Below are positions 43,925 through 52,685 of a stretch of DNA of 64,000 nucleotides, piece by piece. A model generated the notes under the pieces. The model did not search any database and was not told where the DNA came from. It saw only the letters and a program-made list of their open reading frames with translations. The position numbers were made by a program, and so were the translations under genes. The stretch is from Acidimicrobiia bacterium. GTDB lineage: Bacteria; Actinomycetota; Acidimicrobiia; Spongiisociales; Spongiisociaceae. Numbering within the stretch: the stretch's first letter is position 1; each line of letters starts with the position of its first letter. The stretch lies in NCBI GenBank assembly GCA_003229305.1, contig QIDH01000055.1, positions 3,240 through 67,239 of the forward strand, read 5' to 3'.

Positions 43925-45082
43925 GTGGATATCGATATTGGCATTGGCAAATCAGGAAGACGAGCCTACGGATTCGACGACATTGCGATCGTTCCCAGCC
44001 GACGCACGAGAGACCCAGAAGATGTCAGCTTGGCTTGGGAGATAGACGGATTCCGTTTCGCGCTTCCGATGATGGGATCTGCCATGGATTCGGCGATTAG
44101 TCCAGCGACAGCGGCTCTCATCGCGGAATTGGGAGGCCTTGGAGTTCTGAACCTCGAGGGCCTGTGGAGCCGCTACGAGGACCCGGCTCCATATTTTGAT
44201 GAGATTGCTTCTCTGCCACCAGAGAAAGCGACTCGGCGGATGCAGGAGATCTACCTCCAGCCGATCGACGCCGGCCTCATGCGGGCGAGGATCGAACAGA
44301 TGGGGGCATCCGGATCAGTCACCGCGGCCTCTCTGACCCCTCAGAGGGTGCGGCAGTATTCGGACACAGTTCTCGAAGCCGGCTTGAACATGCTGGTCAT
44401 CCAGGGGACGGTCGTGTCCGCCGAGCATGTTTCCAGCCGTGACGAACCGCTGAACCTCAAGAACTTCATCGCGGAGTTCGAGCTGCCAGTGATCGTGGGC
44501 GGATGCGCGTCCTATTCCACTGCCTTGCACCTGATGCGGACTGGTGCAGCAGGAGTCCTTGTCGGCGTCGGACCAGGCGCTGCGTGTACGACAAGGGGGG
44601 TGCTCGGGGTTGGTGTGCCCCAGGCCACCGCGATCGCAGACGCGGCGGGCGCGAGAATCCAATACTTGGATGAGACAGGACGTTATGTTCACGTCATCGC
44701 CGACGGTGGCATGCGGACAGGTGGCGACGTTGCCAAGGCAATCGCTTGTGGAGCAGACGCAGTGATGATCGGGTCACCGTTGGCGTCCGCAGATGAAGCT
44801 CCAGGCCAAGGTGCGCATTGGGGCATGGCGACCTTCCATCCGACCCTGCCAAGAGGCGCAAGGGTCATGACCGGGACACTCGGCAGCCTCGAGGAGATCT
44901 TGGTTGGACCTGCTCACGAGAACGACGGGCGCCGGAATCTGTTCGGCGGGTTGCGGGTATCCATGGCGACCACCGGATACGCAGACCTCAAGGAGTTCCA
45001 GAAAGCCGAAGTGATGGTGGCTCCTTCGCTGAAGACGGAGGGCAAGGCCCTTCAGCTTTCCCAGAACGTCGGGATGGGGTAG
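43925..45082 (+). CDS. guaB3: GuaB3-family IMP dehydrogenase-related protein
   Basis: GTG start. [20 protein letters not shown] with a TIM-barrel body lacking a CBS insert, as in actinobacterial GuaB3. Located directly upstream of guaA. Confidence 0.85.
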   Translation: MDIDIGIGKSGRRAYGFDDIAIVPSRRTRDPEDVSLAWEIDGFRFALPMMGSAMDSAISPATAALIAELGGLGVLNLEGLWSRYEDPAPYFDEIASLPPEKATRRMQEIYLQPIDAGLMRARIEQMGASGSVTAASLTPQRVRQYSDTVLEAGLNMLVIQGTVVSAEHVSSRDEPLNLKNFIAEFELPVIVGGCASYSTALHLMRTGAAGVLVGVGPGAACTTRGVLGVGVPQATAIADAAGARIQYLDETGRYVHVIADGGMRTGGDVAKAIACGADAVMIGSPLASADEAPGQGAHWGMATFHPTLPRGARVMTGTLGSLEEILVGPAHENDGRRNLFGGLRVSMATTGYADLKEFQKAEVMVAPSLKTEGKALQLSQNVGMG

Positions 45083-45103
45083 GCCAGTGTTCGGCTCGCT
45101 GAC

Positions 45104-46645
45104 GTGAGCTTCAAGAGGCGCGGGGCGGTGCTGGTCGTCGACCTCGGCGCCCAATACGCCCAATTGATTGCGAGACGGGTCAGGGAAGCACACGTCTATT
45201 CAGAGATAGTTCCCCGCAGCATCACAGCACTGGAGATCCGTGAACGAAACCCGATCGGCGTCATATTGTCCGGCGGTCCTGCCTCTGTGTATGCCGACGA
45301 CGCATACGAAATAGACGAAGAAATCCTGGCGCTCGGCGTTCCGATTCTCGGTATCTGCTACGGACATCAGGTAATTGCTCACAGTCTTGGCGGTACCGTC
45401 GCCAAGACCGGGACTGCCGAGTACGGGAGAACGGAGATGGTCGGCACCGGCGCGGGGGTCCTTCTTGACGGGTTGCCCGAACACCAATCAGTCTGGATGA
45501 GCCACGGCGATTCGGTGACGACTGCGCCAGATGGGTTCACGGTCACGGCGTCAACCGAAGGTTCACCCGTCGCTGCGATGGAGAACCGCTCGGCCGGCAT
45601 CTTTGGGGTGCAATACCACCCTGAGGTAGCCCATACGCCTCGCGGCGACGAGGTGTTCAAACACTTCCTGTACGAAGCTTGCCAGGCTCCGCCCTCTTGG
45701 ACTCGCCATTCGATAATCGAAGAATCGTTGGCCGCCGTCCGTAGCCAGATCGGTGATTCTCAGGTCATCTGCGGGTTGTCCGGCGGTGTCGATTCGTCGG
45801 TTGCCGCTGCCCTGGTGCACGCGGCGGTCGGTGATCAGCTCACCTGCATTTTTGTCGACCATGGCTTGCTGAGAGCAGGCGAAGGCGTACAGGTCGAGGA
45901 GACTTTCCGGCGCCACTTCGACATCAACCTGATCCATGTCAAGGCTCAAGACCGCTTCTTGGATGCGCTGGCGGGTGTGACCGACCCGGAGGCCAAACGC
46001 AAGATCATCGGCGAATTGTTCATCAGAGTTTTCGAAGAGATCGCCGCCGAAATCTCCGATGCCCAGTTTCTGGTTCAGGGGACCTTGTATCCAGACGTGA
46101 TCGAGTCAGGGACCGGTACGGCCGCGAAGATAAAGACGCACCACAACGTTGGGGGCCTTCCTGACGACATGGTGTTCGACCTCGTGGAGCCCTTGCGAGA
46201 TCTTTTCAAGGATGAGGTGAGGGCCGTCGGTGAAGAGTTGGGTCTACCCGCCGAGATCGTCTGGCGCCAGCCATTTCCCGGTCCCGGTCTGGCTGTGCGC
46301 ATCATCGGTGATGTGACATTGGAACGTCTCGAGATACTTCGGGCCGCGGACACCATCGTCGTGGATGAAATACGCAAGGCTGGGTTGTACGGAGAGATTT
46401 GGCAGTCGTTCGGCGTGCTTCCGGCGATCCGGTCTGTGGGAGTGCAGGGCGATGAGCGCACGTACGCATACCCGTTGATCGTCAGAGCAGTGATGTCCGA
46501 AGATGCGATGACCGCAGACTGGGCGCGGCTTCCGTATGACGTCATGGAGGCAATATCGAGTCGGGTGATGAACGAGGTGCCAGGCATCAACCGGGTCGCC
46601 TATGACATATCGTCGAAGCCCCCTTCGACGATAGAGTGGGAATAA
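45104..46645 (+). CDS. guaA: Glutamine-hydrolysing GMP synthase
   Basis: GATase domain (ICYGHQ, HPE), ATP-PPase SGGVDSS motif and a C-terminal dimerisation domain ending PPSTIEWE. Confidence 0.96.
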   Translation: MSFKRRGAVLVVDLGAQYAQLIARRVREAHVYSEIVPRSITALEIRERNPIGVILSGGPASVYADDAYEIDEEILALGVPILGICYGHQVIAHSLGGTVAKTGTAEYGRTEMVGTGAGVLLDGLPEHQSVWMSHGDSVTTAPDGFTVTASTEGSPVAAMENRSAGIFGVQYHPEVAHTPRGDEVFKHFLYEACQAPPSWTRHSIIEESLAAVRSQIGDSQVICGLSGGVDSSVAAALVHAAVGDQLTCIFVDHGLLRAGEGVQVEETFRRHFDINLIHVKAQDRFLDALAGVTDPEAKRKIIGELFIRVFEEIAAEISDAQFLVQGTLYPDVIESGTGTAAKIKTHHNVGGLPDDMVFDLVEPLRDLFKDEVRAVGEELGLPAEIVWRQPFPGPGLAVRIIGDVTLERLEILRAADTIVVDEIRKAGLYGEIWQSFGVLPAIRSVGVQGDERTYAYPLIVRAVMSEDAMTADWARLPYDVMEAISSRVMNEVPGINRVAYDISSKPPSTIEWE

Positions 46646-46711
46646 CGGCCTCAAGTGGCCATTCACAGTGGTCGAAACCCTCAAAGAGGCTGACGAACCC
46701 CTGGGATATCC

Positions 46712-48868
46712 ATGGATTGGGGAGACAACACCGAACTGCAGGACATCTTCAGAGCCGAGGTGGTCGAAATGGCCGGCCGGTTGTCGGGAGGTGCCGACAG
46801 CATCATCGACGATGTCTATTCAGCCTCGCCTACCAGCGATCTCGCCAGAGCCGCCCACACCATCAAAGGTTCAGGCAAGGTAATGGGTTTCGAGTACGCG
46901 GCAGACGCCGCGATCGACCTGGAGGGCGTGTGGAAGGCGATAGAGGCAGGAACCCTCAGGCCTACCGGTGCCCTTGGTGCACATCTCAAAGCCGTTGCCG
47001 AGGCCTTGCCGACTGCGGTGAACAGCGGCTCTGAAGCGGACAAAGCCGCACTCAGGGCCGCATCCGAAGGACTTAGGCGGCATCTGGAACACGATCTTCC
47101 CACCAGCCCGCCACCGAATGGCCCTCCTAGAAAGCCTGAGGTCGATTCGGCCAAAAAGCCCGGCCCACCAGATCCTCCAAAGCCTGCCGAACCGCCGTCC
47201 GCCCACCTGGCAGACAATCCGGAGCCCCAGGTCGACCTCGGTGGACTCCTGTCGTCTCTTCACGACCGAATGGCAGGGACGACCACCAGGGTCGAGGTAC
47301 AGCGCCTTTACCAGCTGATCAACCGGGCAGTCGAGGCAAGACTCGATGCGAGCGTCCTGAGCGCGAGCCTCACACCAGACGGAACCTTCGATTCCTCGGA
47401 TGAGAGCGCCACCGACGCCGTTGCTGCTTGGCGCATGGCGACCGAGGTGCTCGAATCTGCCCTCTTGGATGTCGAGCGGCAGGCTCTGGCGCTGTCGAGT
47501 GGCCGGCTCCGCGAGTTGACCAGCGCCTTCCCTCAGCTGCTGCGGTTCATCTCGAGGCGTACTGGCAAGGAGGTGCGATTCGAACTTGTTGGGGACAATC
47601 TCGACATCGATCGCCAGATCCTCGAACGTCTCCAGGAGCCACTCCGCCACCTTCTGGTCAACGCCGTCGACCATGGTATCGAGTCTGCCGAAGAACGGCT
47701 TGCCGCCGGAAAGACACCCACCGGCAACATCGCCTTGCGTGCAATGGTGAGCGCCCACCGGTTGCGGATCACAATCGAGGATGACGGGCGAGGAATCGAT
47801 TGGGCTGCTGTGGCCAAGGAGGGGTTGAAGCGAAATCTTCTCACGCCCAGCTCGACGCACGACTTTGCCGAACTCTCCGCGCTTCTGTACCAATCGGGGT
47901 TTTCGACTCACGACGTGGCCAACGATCTGAGTGGCGACGGACTCGGATTGTGGGCGGCTGCCCAGGCCGCCGAGCAACTAAACGGGACGCTATCGGTTGA
48001 ATCGAATCCTGGGCGCGGTACCACCATCACCTTGACGCTCCCTTCGTCCCTCGCCCTCCAAGACCTTCTGCTCGTCGAATCCGAAGGCCAGCGTTGGGGC
48101 ATTCCGGCCACTGCGGTGGAAGCCACGATGGATCTCGCCGGTTCCGGGATTGAGGACGAAGGCAACCAGCAGGCAGTGTTGTACAACGGCGAGAAGATCC
48201 CGGTCGCGAGCTTCGCTACTGTCGTCGGTTTGCGCGAAGCAGACGATGCCACCCAACTCGTCGTCCTGTCGACCAGGACAGGACCGGTTGGATTGACGGT
48301 GCCAGTCGTCATCGGTCGCCGTCAGGTTGCCGTCAAAGGCATAGGTCCGATGCTCGGTGGGGTGGAGCATCTGACAGGTGCGGCGATGCTGGGTGGCGGC
48401 CAGGTTGTGGTGATCGTCGAACCGAACCGCCTTGGTGAGTTGGTCAGGGTCAGGCCAACTGAACTCACCAGCCGCCCAAGGGTTCTTGTGGTCGATGATT
48501 CTGCGGGTGTGAGGCAGCTGGTCGCCGCTGCCCTATCCAGTAGTGGGTTCGAGGTGGTCTTGGCAGGCGAGGCCGACGCAGCCCTCGGACACCTCGAAAG
48601 GGAGCACTTCGACGCTCTGGTGGTCGATTACCTGATGCCAGGATCCGACGGTGTTGAACTGGTGCGCGATGTGCGAAGGACTCAATCCGCGCTAAGGATC
48701 GTCATGGTTTCGGGTGTTGCGACCGATGAAGACAAGGAGAGAGCATGGTCGGCGGGCGTAAATGCCTATCTCGACAAGTTCGATCTGCGGCAGGGCGTGC
48801 TCGTGCAGACGCTTCGTTCGCTGCTCAGACTTGCCGCCGAACCTCTCCCGACGTTGAAGGAGGTGTGA
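46712..48868 (+). CDS. CheA-like hybrid histidine kinase (Hpt-P3/P4-CheW-like-REC)
   Basis: Hpt AAHTIKGSGKVMGF, a Pro-rich linker, N-box HLLVNAVDHGIE, G1 DDGRGID, a CheW-like P5 region and a C-terminal receiver (VLVVDDSAG...DYLMPGSDG...K). Confidence 0.85.
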   Translation: MDWGDNTELQDIFRAEVVEMAGRLSGGADSIIDDVYSASPTSDLARAAHTIKGSGKVMGFEYAADAAIDLEGVWKAIEAGTLRPTGALGAHLKAVAEALPTAVNSGSEADKAALRAASEGLRRHLEHDLPTSPPPNGPPRKPEVDSAKKPGPPDPPKPAEPPSAHLADNPEPQVDLGGLLSSLHDRMAGTTTRVEVQRLYQLINRAVEARLDASVLSASLTPDGTFDSSDESATDAVAAWRMATEVLESALLDVERQALALSSGRLRELTSAFPQLLRFISRRTGKEVRFELVGDNLDIDRQILERLQEPLRHLLVNAVDHGIESAEERLAAGKTPTGNIALRAMVSAHRLRITIEDDGRGIDWAAVAKEGLKRNLLTPSSTHDFAELSALLYQSGFSTHDVANDLSGDGLGLWAAAQAAEQLNGTLSVESNPGRGTTITLTLPSSLALQDLLLVESEGQRWGIPATAVEATMDLAGSGIEDEGNQQAVLYNGEKIPVASFATVVGLREADDATQLVVLSTRTGPVGLTVPVVIGRRQVAVKGIGPMLGGVEHLTGAAMLGGGQVVVIVEPNRLGELVRVRPTELTSRPRVLVVDDSAGVRQLVAAALSSSGFEVVLAGEADAALGHLEREHFDALVVDYLMPGSDGVELVRDVRRTQSALRIVMVSGVATDEDKERAWSAGVNAYLDKFDLRQGVLVQTLRSLLRLAAEPLPTLKEV

Positions 48869-48869
48869 C

Positions 48870-49859
48870 ATGCGAATACTCGTAGCCGATGACAGCCCGG
48901 TGATTCGTGGCGCGGTGACCGAACTCCTCACAAAGAACGGTTTCGAAGTCGTTCAAGCTGCAGACGGAATCGAGGCGGTGCAGAAGTTCTACTCTGAGCT
49001 GCCCGATCTGGTGTTGCTCGATCTTCAGATGCCGGGTCTCAACGGTTACGTCGCGTGCCGATTGATAAAGGAAGATTTCAAGGTCGCTCATATTCCGGTC
49101 ATCATTCTGACGGCGCACCAGACGGCCGAAGACCGCTACTGGGCACACAAGTCGGGCGCTGACGCCTATATCACCAAAGACCACCTCGGCTCAGATCTGC
49201 TCGCAGCGATCCGGTCCGCGAGAGCCTCGCGGGCGCTGGCGGAATTGACGGGAGGCGAGGAGCGTGAGCCGCTCGATCAGGTTGGCGTTATGAGTCGAGT
49301 TTGCGAAATGCTCGATCGTCAGTTGCTGGAAGCGTCGATCGTCAACGACATCGTGACCCTCGCCACGAAGACTCTCGACCTGCGGTCAACCGTGCAACAG
49401 GTGCTCCAGATCGTCAGGCGTTTTGTCGAGTACGACGTCGCCGGGCTTGCCCTACGGGAGGACAAAACCCTTGGCATTCGGGCGTCTGGGCCCCTCAGCC
49501 GGGACGACATCAATCAGTTCAGAGGTCTGGTTGCCGGGCACTTCGAGCAAGCCATCTCGGCCCCTGTCGAGCCATCGGGGTTGACGGTCTGGTTGGATGA
49601 GGATGCCGTGGTCGACAACGATTCGGATACCGGGGGTCTGCCCTCCTTCTGGACACTGGCTCTGCGTTCCAGGAGCGAAGTATTGGGCATGTTGGCTCTC
49701 GGGAGCGCCAAACCCGGTCTGTACACCCCCCAGATCGTTCGCACACTCCGGATGGTCGAGTTCCCCATGTCGATGGTGGTTGAGTCTGCATACCACCATC
49801 AAAAGATGCTCGAGCAAGAGGCCAGGATGAGCCTCTCGTCCCTCTATCAGCGCTCCTGA
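48870..49859 (+). CDS. Response regulator: REC domain fused to a GAF-like C-terminal domain
   Basis: MRILVADDSP...LLDLQMPGLNGY...ITKD receiver, then an approximately 190-aa alpha/beta domain with no DNA-binding motif. Its start is 2 nt after the CheA-like stop. Confidence 0.8.
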   Translation: MRILVADDSPVIRGAVTELLTKNGFEVVQAADGIEAVQKFYSELPDLVLLDLQMPGLNGYVACRLIKEDFKVAHIPVIILTAHQTAEDRYWAHKSGADAYITKDHLGSDLLAAIRSARASRALAELTGGEEREPLDQVGVMSRVCEMLDRQLLEASIVNDIVTLATKTLDLRSTVQQVLQIVRRFVEYDVAGLALREDKTLGIRASGPLSRDDINQFRGLVAGHFEQAISAPVEPSGLTVWLDEDAVVDNDSDTGGLPSFWTLALRSRSEVLGMLALGSAKPGLYTPQIVRTLRMVEFPMSMVVESAYHHQKMLEQEARMSLSSLYQRS

Positions 49860-50149
49860 CCGGCACCCCGCTTTCAGCTTCGTGAGGATTGGATCCCTCG
49901 TCCAAGGTGACCTCCGATCCGGTCGCCGACTACTAGTCGCCACCCTGATCTAGCGGTCCGGCAGGGGCAAGTGTCCCAGCCGCGGAGCCCACATCTCCTG
50001 GCGCGGCGTAGGACGCGGCCCTCAACCACAACGTGATGCCGGCCGATACCACAATGAGCGTTCAAAACGGTCGGGTGCCGGATCCTCAGACCGTTTCTGA
50101 GGCGAAGGTAGCCAATAGGAGAATCTGTTCTAGTGGAGATGGTGGCCAG

Positions 50150-51016
50150 ATGAGTGGCTCGGACTATTTCGTGCCATTGGTTGGGGGGTTTGTCACGGTC
50201 GTCGCCGTGTTCCTTTCTGTGCGAGCTGTTCGAGTGGCCAAGGATCGGGAGAATTCTGCCAAAGAGGCCGCTGATTTCGCAAACCAGATGAAGAACGAGT
50301 TCGTGGCGATGGTCAGTCACGAGCTGCGGACCCCTCTGACATCCATTGCTGGTTTCTCAGACACGTTGCGAGCGAGCTGGAGGACTCTGCCTGCCGAGGA
50401 AGTCGACGAATTCTTGAGGATCATCACCGCTCAGTCTCACCATCTAGGCGAGCTGGTCGAGGACGTGCTGGTGATTCCGAGGCTCGAGGCCGGCCGACTC
50501 CATCTCGACATGAAACGTTTTCAGCTCTCCGAAGTAGTCCAGGAGGTCACAGACACAGTGTTCTCTGCGCCGGGGAGCCGCGAGGCAGCGGTGGCCATCG
50601 GTGGATCCATCGCGCCGTTCGCCGATCGCAAACGTGTGCAGCAGGTCGTTCGGAACCTCTGCGAGAACGCCAGAAAATACGGTGGCGAGCAGATCCTGGT
50701 CGAGGCCAGCCCCGTCGGGAACTTGGTGATGGTCGTTGTCTCTGACGACGGGCCTGGCATCCCGCCCGCCGACCGCACCCGAATCTTCGAACACTTCGAA
50801 CAGCTGACCAAAGGTGACTCCCGCAGTGAGAACGGGATTGGGCTCGGGCTGCCGATCGCCAGGCGCCTGGCCAGATCCATGGGCGGCGATCTCTGGTACG
50901 AAGATCGTTTCCCGACAGGCAGCCGGTTCTGCTTCACCCTTCCCGCCGGTCCGCCTGAGCCGGATCCTTTGGAGATCGAAACGTTCGCCGAGGAGCCGGA
51001 GCGCAGGGCGAGCTAG
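50150..51016 (+). CDS. Small sensor histidine kinase (one TM, HisKA, HATPase_c)
   Basis: ATG at 50150. H-box MVSHELRTPLTSIAGF, N-box VVRNLCENARKYG, G-boxes DDGPGI and GIGLGLPI. Confidence 0.85.
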   Translation: MSGSDYFVPLVGGFVTVVAVFLSVRAVRVAKDRENSAKEAADFANQMKNEFVAMVSHELRTPLTSIAGFSDTLRASWRTLPAEEVDEFLRIITAQSHHLGELVEDVLVIPRLEAGRLHLDMKRFQLSEVVQEVTDTVFSAPGSREAAVAIGGSIAPFADRKRVQQVVRNLCENARKYGGEQILVEASPVGNLVMVVVSDDGPGIPPADRTRIFEHFEQLTKGDSRSENGIGLGLPIARRLARSMGGDLWYEDRFPTGSRFCFTLPAGPPEPDPLEIETFAEEPERRAS

Positions 51017-51939
51017 TCGAAGGCGAGTGTCCGTCGCAGCTTCGCGTGTTGGTTCGTCGCTCGACCGCGCAGGTCTAGCCATGCCTGCCAGCCGGGTCTT
51101 GGCGTACCATCTGACCTCTACAGGTCCATTGAGGCGAACGGCTCTTCGTTCACCAGGTCTGCCGAAGACAAAGGTCCAGATTCGCAGTGGAGCGTCAATG
51201 CGATCGAGCTGTTCGAAGATCAAGGCGATGAAATCGTTCTGCTCAGCTTCGGACCCTGGCAGCAGGGCGAGGTCGGGGTCTGCGATCCATCCGATCTCGG
51301 TGAAGAACGCAGGGAGACCCACTCGATCCGTGATCTGGGTGTAGTGGTCGGTCGGTAGATCAGAAGGGTCCTCGGGCACGAGGCTCGGGGTATGTCGTGA
51401 AACCCACGGCGTCCGCGCCGGCGAAACGATCGATGATGTCCCCGGCTTGACGACGGATCCGCCAAACCACCCGTCGCGACGACTCAGCAGCCGCTCGTAC
51501 TGGAACGTGACGAACAACTTTGTCTCCGGAGACTCCCGACGGACCACCGAGAGGGCCTCGTCTCCCATAGAGCGACGGTGGCCTCAAACCCGGCTGAATC
51601 ACCGGAGGCCAGCATGTTGACCTCGTTGGCGAGGCCGAGGTACGCAGGGCGGTGCTTGGCGACGAAAGCCCCGAGCGACTGGAGGTAAGCGGTCCTGGTT
51701 GGCTCGTCGATCGGCCTGATCAGCTCGCCTGCTGGACTTGCGCTCGCGACCGCCGTGAAATCAAGGCTGCGTTGGTCGGCCAGCGTTGCTGCTACATCGA
51801 AAACCGTGCCGTCCAGCTCAGCCCAATCGCTCGCATGGAACAGAACGTCGAAATTTTCTTCGCCAACGTGATTGGACAGGGCACTAGCGTCGGGCTTGAT
51901 GAACAGAACCCGCGGAGGCTGGGAGTATGGACAGAACCG
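51013..51939 (-). pseudogene. Decayed clan GH-A (TIM-barrel) glycoside hydrolase-like gene: no start codon, at least 2 frameshifts, one internal TAG
   Basis: The minus-strand reading gives ...AYLGLANEVNMLASG (acid/base NE motif) in one frame, open only from the TGA at 51940. ...LPAFFTEIGWIADP (nucleophile TE-G-W motif) lies in a second frame. ...ADLVNEEPFASMDL*RSDGTPRPGWQAWLDL lies in a third frame with a TAG at 51118-51120. Confidence 0.55.
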
Positions 51940-52550
51940 TCACGATCGAGGTGTTTGCGGACATCAACTGTCCGTTCACCCATGTTGGCCTCGAGCTCGT
52001 CACTTCGGAACTGGCGAGCCATGAAATATCGTTCGAGTGCTGGGTCCGCGCCTGGCCACTCGAGTGGGTAAATGGTCTTCCACTCGACGCTGAATCAGTG
52101 CGATCCAAAGCTGATGTCTTGCGGGACGAGCTGGGAATCGAACGATTCTCAGGGTTCAGGACAGATCGATGGCCTGCCACCACGATTTCGGCGCTCAATC
52201 TGGCAGCTGACGCATACCGCGTGGGCCCCCAGGTGGGTCTGAGCGTTAGCCTGGGCCTCCGGGATGCTCTTTTCGAGCGCGGTCGAGATATCAGCGACCC
52301 ACAGGTCCTGGCCGGCATCGCGGCTGCCAACGACCTGCCTGCGCCTTCCGCCGAGCCGACCGAGGCCGTGCTTGGCGACTATGCCGAGGGCCGGCGTCGT
52401 GGCGTCAGGGGTTCTCCTGACTTCTACGTTGGAGACGAGGAGTTTTTCTGTCCCTCACTGGAACTCGGCCATGACAGTTCCGGTCATCTGACGGCCAGTT
52501 TCGACATTGCCGGTCTCAGGCGCTTCGTGGCCCGCGTCGTCGACCCCTAA
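51927..52550 (+). CDS. DsbA/FrnE-like thioredoxin-fold protein with monothiol CPFT motif
   Basis: MDRTVTIEVFADINCPFTHVG in the typical DsbA_FrnE N-terminal arrangement, but with C-P-F-T instead of CxxC. 207 aa. Confidence 0.7.
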   Translation: MDRTVTIEVFADINCPFTHVGLELVTSELASHEISFECWVRAWPLEWVNGLPLDAESVRSKADVLRDELGIERFSGFRTDRWPATTISALNLAADAYRVGPQVGLSVSLGLRDALFERGRDISDPQVLAGIAAANDLPAPSAEPTEAVLGDYAEGRRRGVRGSPDFYVGDEEFFCPSLELGHDSSGHLTASFDIAGLRRFVARVVDP

Positions 52551-52685
52551 GCCCAGTGGGTTCGGCCGCCCTGTTCAGCAATCTCGGGGCCAGTCTCTGC
52601 GGTGTTGCGATTGACTCGCTAGGCAGGGCGACGAATCACACCCGCGTGATTCGATGCCTGCGAAGCAGGTACCATCCGCTCTGTT

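Noticed and set aside
50444-51568. 374-aa minus-strand ORF
   Set aside because: It is a chimera. Its 3' two-thirds is antisense to the HK gene at 50150-51016, and its 5' third is one frame of the decayed glycoside hydrolase relic.
51652-52071. 139-aa plus-strand ORF
   Set aside because: It is antisense to the glycoside hydrolase relic and overlaps the DsbA-like gene start in another frame, with no motifs.
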